Origin: an uncultured Deinococcales bacterium
GTDB taxonomy: Bacteria > Deinococcota > Deinococci > Deinococcales > JAAFIG01
Assembly (NCBI GenBank): GCA_964247135.1
Contig: CAXTTL010000156.1
Coordinates: 1 to 11,413, forward strand
Length of the DNA stretch: 11,413 bases
Reading direction: 5' to 3'
Shown here: positions 9,001 through 11,413 of the stretch, piece by piece
Layout: every line of letters begins with the position of its first letter
How positions within the stretch are numbered: position 1 is the stretch's first letter
Position numbers and translations under genes: made by a program
The notes under the pieces: model-generated
Databases searched by the model: none
What the model saw: only the letters and a program-made list of their open reading frames with translations
Told to the model about the DNA's origin: nothing

Positions 9001-11412
9001 CGCCGTTCCCGCCAGTTTGCCAACCAAAGTGATCGCCGTTAAGTTGCTGCGAAGTTGCCCATCACTTTTGGCGTTCACAACCAAACTCGAGGCTTTCAAG
9101 CGTTGCCCTTGGATATCGGCGTCGAGCGTTGAGGCGTTCAGGATGACATCAAAGTTCTGAGGACTGACAAACGTGGCTCGAGCCGTCAGGTTGTTGGCTT
9201 GCAATTTTTGCCCTTGCACGTTCGCATCCACACTTTGCGCACTGGCATCGAGCTTGATTTTTGATCCAACAACCGAACCCTTCGCCTTCAACGCCACGGC
9301 ATTCACACGTTGATTTTGGAATTCTCCCTCGAGCTTGTCGGCGCTGACGTCAAAGTTGATGCCCGCTTTGCCGCTGGAAACTTGTCCAACCGAATTCAGA
9401 ATCGTAATCGGTTTGTTCTGGTATCGTGCCGAGAACGAACCGCGCCAATTCGCATTTAAATCTCGAGTGGCAAGGTTGTATGCTCCAGTTTGAATCTCGA
9501 GTTTGCCGACCGTACCGCTTATGCTCACGCGGTTTTGTTTGAAAGTTCCGTTCAATGCGATCTGATCTGGATTCCAATCCAAACCAAGTTTTTTGATTTC
9601 CGCGCCCAAACCGAGTCGCTCGAGTTCGGGTTTGCTGGGCAATGTGCCAAACGCTTTGAACGTCAGGTTGTCGATTTGACCGTTGACCGCAGCGCGAACC
9701 GAGCCATAGGTCAAGAATGCGTCGATTGTTGGGAAAACCTGTCCGCTAACGGTTGCACCTTTCAAAAGCGAATTGATGACTTTGGCATTGGTGCTGACCC
9801 GATTGTTCTTGACGCTGACCTCCGCCAGAATCGGGATTCCGAACGCTTTTGCCGTCACTTTCGCCGTGCCGTTGGTGTTGACAAACTCGAGTTTTGCCAC
9901 ACCAGAAATTTGCCCTTGCGAGGATTTTGGCAGCAGCGCATCGAGGGCACTCAGGTTCACCTCACCGCTCGAGTTCAGCGTGCCGTTCTCAAATTTCAAC
10001 CCGAGTTTTCGCCCGCCCGCCGTGAAAATGCTGCCGCCCGCCATCAGGCTCGAGCCGAGGTTGGCGTACACGTTGCCGCTTAAAACGTCTGGGTAACTCG
10101 AGATGCTGGCGGTGGTTGAAAGCTTGAACGGGGCAAGTTGCAATTTGCCAGTTGCCAGTGCCATCACGGTTTTTCCTGGCAACGGCGAATAGCTTAGGTT
10201 TCCGTCGAGCGCAATGTTTTTGCCTTGTCCGGTTGCACGAATTAGCCCATAATCGGTCTTGGCATTTAATTTTCCCAACAGGTCGCCGTTGAACAAATAC
10301 GTCGCATCGCCCGAAAGTTTGGCTTGCTGTCCCGAATATTTCACCAACCAGTTGCGCGGTTTGATGCGCACGCGGTCGGCTTGCAAGAAAGCCTCGAGCT
10401 TGTCCGCGCTCCAGTAGCCATTGAGTTGCTTTCCAACCTCGAGCGTGAACGGTCCATCGGCATCCTCGAGCGTTGCGCCTTGGTACGTTAGACCGGTCGC
10501 TTTTAAGTTACCCGTCAGCACGCCGTTCGCACCTTGCAAACGGTAATTTGCACTGGCACTGACCACGCCTGCCGGTTCGAGTTGCAGGTTTTTGAGGCTG
10601 ACCTCCCCGCGCTCGAGGTCGCCAGTCCAGGCAAATTCGCCAAGTTGAGCCGTGCCCGAAAGTTTTCCATCTTTGACCTTTAAGGCAAATTCTCCTGGAA
10701 AACTCGAGGGTTTGACGCCAGGAATTTTGATTGAATTTTGTTTGGTGTCGCCAGTGATGCGAATGTCGGTACTCACGCCGCCGAGTTTGAAGCTTCCTGA
10801 AATCAAATTTTTAAATGGGATCGAAACCTGGAGCTTGTTAAAATCTCCAGTGCCAGCAATGGTTTTTCCGTTTTGCAATACGCCGCTCGCCTGGGCTTGA
10901 CCGTTCAAGATTTTGGTCTTGATGTTGTAAGCCAGATCATCGCCCTTTAAGCTCAGTAAGCCCAGCGCCTCGAGCGGTGCGCCCAAAACCTTCTTGCCCG
11001 TTACGCTGGCGTTGATGGTTGCCAGATTCTCGAGCAGTTTGAAATCGAGCTTCGCTTTGGCAGCCACGGGTGCATCCAAAAATCTCGACTTGGATTGAAG
11101 ATTTGCCGTGAGCGCATCTCCTGGGCTGTTGAACGCCCAATCACCCGCGATCTTCTCGAGCGGAAATTCGAGCACGCGCCCAGTTCCAGCAATTTTTCCT
11201 GAAAATTTGAGCTTTTCCCAACCGCCACCCGAGACGGTCACGCGCACCCTACCCGAGGCTGGCAAGTCCGCCTTAAAGGCAATTAAGGCGGGTTTAATTT
11301 TGGGTTCCGCCCAACCCGTCACGTCAATGTTCTCTTTTTTAAATGCCGTGTTCACGTTGATCTTCAACTCGAGCGGACCCTCGAGCGCCGTGCCCCTAAG
11401 CTGCCCAGAAAT
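1..11412 (-). CDS. tamB: Giant TamB/AsmA-like (repeating beta-groove, bridge-like lipid transfer) envelope protein; internal fragment of 3804 codons, open at both window edges
   Basis: No TTA/CTA/TCA triplet (minus-strand stop) found in + frame 1 across the whole window by manual reading. The translation begins ISGQLRGTALEGPLELKINVNTAFKKENIDVTGWAEPKIKP and ends ...NAPFHALLGSVFGALPGTALVTGVARYDIPVKNPLLGSVKASFEKLEIGEGQDALIGAASAVFNKGNLELDSLHLKSKNGGEWLGSGRYSKNLVNLKLGFSNTSFTPVLDLLPTLRGLNPEANGTLNLELKGEYGKPDAVLNVENFKGRLAGVRLNAKQLIGKLENNKLEIKG. It has alternating hydrophobic/polar beta-strands throughout and recurring AsmA/TamB-type motifs: GEYGKPDA (~103-126), SGTLAQPKA (~1633-1659), SGAFDAPKLEG (~1867-1899), SGSIFKPSF (~2359-2385), SGKLLNPQL (~2779-2805), GDASNPDV (~2881-2904), GNWTSPFV (~3409-3432), GTFEHPDV (~3913-3936), SGGLTDPNL (~5074-5100). 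The last ~250 aa resemble, from memory, the region preceding DUF490 in Deinococcus TamB proteins. The ORF itself is near certain; the family call is pattern recognition without a database search. Confidence 0.85.
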   Translation of the reverse strand, partial: MSGQLRGTALEGPLELKINVNTAFKKENIDVTGWAEPKIKPALIAFKADLPASGRVRVTVSGGGWEKLKFSGKIAGTGRVLEFPLEKIAGDWAFNSPGDALTANLQSKSRFLDAPVAAKAKLDFKLLENLATINASVTGKKVLGAPLEALGLLSLKGDDLAYNIKTKILNGQAQASGVLQNGKTIAGTGDFNKLQVSIPFKNLISGSFKLGGVSTDIRITGDTKQNSIKIPGVKPSSFPGEFALKVKDGKLSGTAQLGEFAWTGDLERGEVSLKNLQLEPAGVVSASANYRLQGANGVLTGNLKATGLTYQGATLEDADGPFTLEVGKQLNGYWSADKLEAFLQADRVRIKPRNWLVKYSGQQAKLSGDATYLFNGDLLGKLNAKTDYGLIRATGQGKNIALDGNLSYSPLPGKTVMALATGKLQLAPFKLSTTASISSYPDVLSGNVYANLGSSLMAGGSIFTAGGRKLGLKFENGTLNSSGEVNLSALDALLPKSSQGQISGVAKLEFVNTNGTAKVTAKAFGIPILAEVSVKNNRVSTNAKVINSLLKGATVSGQVFPTIDAFLTYGSVRAAVNGQIDNLTFKAFGTLPSKPELERLGLGAEIKKLGLDWNPDQIALNGTFKQNRVSISGTVGKLEIQTGAYNLATRDLNANWRGSFSARYQNKPITILNSVGQVSSGKAGINFDVSADKLEGEFQNQRVNAVALKAKGSVVGSKIKLDASAQSVDANVQGQKLQANNLTARATFVSPQNFDVILNASTLDADIQGQRLKASSLVVNAKSDGQLRSNLTAITLVGKLAGTAFDLQNINASAQPKNGKLEVSAKVQTGSVTVQNNPVNVTNLELTGDLNTTNPNKLTTANFEAKIKAQSLDGTLEGITAKTQNLSANIARVGSSISGNLNTGTLTATGKDWQVETKTLAANNFDLVLGKPLKLKTDLQISSAVGSYQKHPFTLENTTANINSSGNNLGFAVQSQALSGRFEGYQLEASQVVAKGQLENDQLQIQAVLGSANAIKETDQFGVSKLELNGRYNLKNGNASLEKFKTESLSGNLGQDTFSAEMLEGNLDFTGAASKKFEDASLRGNVLGSLVQGVYAGQEFKLEHFKLKANKQASQYQAYLQASHASGGWQKIKANLDQFNLNAKLEHQRLSADATASRASGQYQDASANLAKFAFSGAMEGNQFSGKLETGKANGTWQELSANLNALRLEASSDDGVIQGKLTSAAASGTYRKDANANLEQVVLNAKLRDNIITGNLTGTRATGAYQNDKGKLEQFTFNGKLENKIFAGDLEALQASGTYQGATGNFQDLKLNANLNGNAIVGALTAQGANGTWKDISANLEQVKFAGNWINQQLSGTLQAATASGTSKDANAKLEQLKLEGKFLNQQIFATLEANRGVGAYQKATVDLSQFKAEGSWIDNNLNAKLEAQQGSGSYQEASAKLEQFKLNAQIKDGQLTGDINGLRGTGSYQDATAILEQFKLSGAMLGQELHGTLEAASGDGRWKDVSAKLGKLTLNAEKFGNNTKGTLEAQTGSGTWKDTNLELQDFNADATLEDKNISGQLNAKMGSGHWNNADFKLEQFRANADLIGQKVLGSLDGATAQAVRNGSSVSLASFKSSGQLEGNKISVKLDSDSANGDTKDFNAFLKEFNLGSGLKTKTTNTFSGNFQSDSLRRVNTRFTPTRTKQMVSRIQKNPANILVKKTPSDKSANIKLEKLQASFEVQGKTLNGTLQASSGAGALAGDALQAQTFQASAKLNGANLDSGFVGGLNGTVQGQVFESKLNATLGLNLEHIMDSAWRGQVQSVSSGRSPKSEVWKLETNGPWSALNVTGKAPSGFLAAFAGTILPKQLETLVNLNGLVSLPKLEFNAGVSANLGAAETAINLDARVRGNLKTWNATANLQDAQGGTGKVLFDSSMTGEVTLEKLNLSLFSGTSSLVSGRLKLENKHLNGALSSEVSGFPIKANWLPDGSFNATLGGALPLSLKAASWKFPLEVSKLSVQSEKSNYPIELAAISSFELGAKSGQFLETEGTLRILNYSQSVPGGTVSLEPAELKFSASLGQALGIRITRGTDALVFDGERWNGGLRLPYSAWGQGATADMQVSGGLTDPNLRLESKGVLNLNATANLREFTAKGDLDLTGTALALPENIAKTVQPGRLNFDASGKLGEQLEVKATLESVNAKVDGDAVRLNAQATLEGQTWSLNGNAGLGATSSSDFQIGNAGLSADQLDLDLRLLRIVGVSASGRVTGSLNIPDFKLEAGSMALKLERLKAFDVSADGTAKIEAGQLNAQLEGVLPGKYTFAISGGLYPQANAELTVDGLRGAITGDVREHSRNLRLNAEGTLLKKITKLEASLIGSQITAKAAWDAANLNATAELNSSGVHGTGHIGISSLAGLQDTLGQKLEGNLQSDLEFQNLEVTAHNLSGTIEGVKLGGTLQYHNAQLEAQQLKLEYQNATAEVNGSLYPNLKANFTGDSSFDFAPAKFSGGATGTFEHPDVSATAVLGTASFGLIAPGTKLEAGFDGKRFNVAISGDQVLGVLEGSLDGLEQVNLRLKQAKAMYQDSTLELDGTLSWSKNMGFGGNLNSSGDLLGKPAKLELIGHNDLALALNWQGGRVNAVLPGNITQDLNATLELERFDVGALWHKPGQLTLTANGEAHGNWTSPFVNLTGKLDDVAGDLDANLIASYDNGAAKAKLEGEKIQVSADLTGGKWQASGNFKQVQLEPLLPVNLGTLEVSGLLTASDAGQGIQANLSDFQATGKLEQIGEVSLVGNAQYEANRATTNLNAKLLGGDLSLIGSIDSSLKSDGINAKLTNINLESFGVQGTAGGAAKLFGDASNPDVLGDLTLEKFRPGSQDDWTASALVGVSGKLLNPQLEADATFSGSASGKLKLSARDVMTTPKIAVAGQAKVYGVEFDGALAGSYPNLQGNADLRLSGLPDSISSINLRGTGDGQYQIKLENAALGSIKLEASENRFNPKLSGNLTLGLDLKSLLESAAGRATGNATVSGSIFKPSFNFTGNLTQPKFSSITAPDMKLFLNWTPEKLASKALFEGGEIVWDGKNAGITNLELVASGQKLKLNSSGITSPALDLGFTGVLSGIATGEIGGRYTKDNLNLDVNASSNGISAKGNASANSAKGWTGLIALDGLPKQSLYGIEAENSGVASLQLSGAFDAPKLEGDVYAFGMRLGLTANLQPLEIKLESKLNPDPNGANLGGVQTTGAIALDAKGNLSGTIQYQERATTIKLSPSGTLAQPKALLEATQGKLNAKANIALGGSDLLNDLRATLELQDGTNTGQFTLENAELIGKMPKLDLAALQLEGYGGSLSLDANLELQSGKTLLAGTAKASWSNVKTPFEIAALGWQIDGTGSALFASENNKPAQIALDYAGTPGTAKGQFQLEHDLWQGDLKLDLNGKNNKGKIQGQITLDSKGIQGKLLAQAFPIEASGLSAVTTATIVLNQDSFTASGTAQTLGGKARFEGSGGISNLLPALEAYTHSAPDSNPYSITASLDTVKLEEIAVVHGIAPNAKGRIYGGLQIVDGITTFVVSIPDLTLPSTTDNAVGETHVRLQVSGSAADSSIRFKGTIGSSRQPNQSETDSALKLNSYGDSDFQGSYDGENITGNLDLRNAPFHALLGSVFGALPGTALVTGVARYDIPVKNPLLGSVKASFEKLEIGEGQDALIGAASAVFNKGNLELDSLHLKSKNGGEWLGSGRYSKNLVNLKLGFSNTSFTPVLDLLPTLRGLNPEANGTLNLELKGEYGKPDAVLNVENFKGRLAGVRLNAKQLIGKLENNKLEIKG
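6100..6501 (-). repeat. Degenerate C-terminal end of the repeat array (about 3 units), interrupted by a basic segment of about 30 aa
   Basis: Reads GDTKDFNAFLKEFNLGSGLKTKTTNTFSGNFQSDSL, then RRVNTRFTPTRTKQMVSRIQKNPANILVKKTPSDK, then SANIKLEKLQASFEVQGKTLNGTLQASSGA and GALAGDALQAQTFQASAKLNGANLDSGFVGGLN. Confidence 0.65.
6365..6389 (+). repeat. GTAG-type REP-like palindrome located inside the CDS
   Basis: GTAG (6365-6368), then GGGTGAAC (6369-6376), loop CTTGT (6377-6381) and GTTCACCC (6382-6389). This is a perfect 8-bp stem directly preceded by the GTAG tetranucleotide, the architecture of RAYT-associated REP sequences. Only one copy is in the window, so its repetitive nature cannot be confirmed here. 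Confidence 0.6.
6502..8136 (-). repeat. Core coding tandem repeat: 16 units of 34 aa (102 bp; one unit is 35 aa), consensus about G-x-[WY]-[QK]-D-A-S-A-[NK]-L-E-Q-F-K-L-N-[AG]-x-h-x-x-x-x-h-x-G-x-L-x-A-x-x-[AG]-S
   Basis: Translated units include GGWQKIKANLDQFNLNAKLEHQRLSADATASRAS, GQYQDASANLAKFAFSGAMEGNQFSGKLETGKAN, GTWQELSANLNALRLEASSDDGVIQGKLTSAAAS, GTWKDISANLEQVKFAGNWINQQLSGTLQAATAS, GSYQEASAKLEQFKLNAQIKDGQLTGDINGLRGT, GSYQDATAILEQFKLSGAMLGQELHGTLEAASGD and GHWNNADFKLEQFRANADLIGQKVLGSLDGATAQ. The length check holds: 16x102+3 = 1635 bp. A 17-bp exact DNA match (tgtctttccaagttccg) lies at 6792-6808 and 7404-7420, an offset of 612 = 6x102. Confidence 0.93.
8137..9429 (-). repeat. Degenerate N-terminal extension of the same repeat: 12 units of 33-42 aa
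   Basis: Units such as ARYQNKPITILNSVGQVSSGKAGINFDVSADKLE (34), GEFQNQRVNAVALKAKGSVVGSKIKLDASAQSVD (34), GKLAGTAFDLQNINASAQPKNGKLEVSAKVQTGS (34), GSYQKHPFTLENTTANINSSGNNLGFAVQSQALS (34) and GRFEGYQLEASQVVAKGQLENDQLQIQAVLGSAN (34). Longer units appear to carry extra residues in the second turn. The 12 units sum to 431 aa and abut the core array exactly. Confidence 0.75.
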
Positions 11413-11413
11413 C

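Larger units (their letters stand above)
10..11385. repeat. Highly iterated dispersed palindrome CTCGAG (XhoI/PaeR7I-type site), about 112 copies
   Basis: Manual count of about 112 copies (first 10-15, last 11380-11385), about one per 100 bp, versus about 3 expected for a 6-mer in 11.4 kb. Phase in the CDS: about 86 as CTC-GAG (Leu-Glu), about 22 as nnC-TCG-AGn (Ser-Ser/Arg) and about 4 as nCT-CGA-Gnn (Arg). Confidence 0.95.

Noticed and set aside
5-11228. All other short ORFs in the six-frame track, both strands (for example 298-948, 5486-6004, 9490-10083)
   Set aside because: All lie wholly within the 3804-codon minus-strand ORF, in antisense or alternative frames, with shadow-type composition and no independent evidence of being genes.
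10-11385. CTCGAG abundance as a cloning or concatemer artefact (ligated XhoI fragments)
   Set aside because: The reading frame and the 34-aa protein periodicity run unbroken through all sites, which occur in three phases. Random ligation could not preserve this.
1-11412. Alternative identity as a filamentous haemagglutinin, RTX or autotransporter adhesin
   Set aside because: No GGxGxDxL nonapeptides or haemagglutinin-type repeats were seen. The long amphipathic strands and G-x-x-x-x-P-x-h motifs fit AsmA/TamB-like proteins better, though only a profile search can settle it.

Overview
The whole window is the interior of one giant gene on the minus strand. I read the frame whose codons occupy + positions 3k+1..3k+3 by hand from 11412 down to 1 and found no stop in 3804 codons. 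The gene starts beyond the right edge and ends beyond the left edge, which is why the supplied ORF track misses it and lists only shadow ORFs. The product is a Gly/Leu/Ala/Asn/Lys-rich amphipathic beta-strand protein with recurring G-x-x-x-x-P-x-hydrophobic motifs. It is best explained as a very long TamB/AsmA-like (repeating beta-groove, bridge-like lipid transfer) envelope protein of the Deinococcota type; the diagnostic C-terminal DUF490 domain is not visible here. Three features are layered on it. (1) A central tandem array of about 31 units of about 34 aa (6100-9429), with a regular 16-unit core at 6502-8136, which looks like a modular length extension of the bridge. (2) The palindrome CTCGAG occurs about 112 times (about 3 expected), in all three reading phases and fairly evenly spaced, like a HIP1-type highly iterated palindrome. 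(3) A GTAG-type REP-like hairpin (6365-6389) is translated in frame inside a basic segment that interrupts the repeat array. No RNA genes, CRISPR arrays, promoters or terminators are supported.
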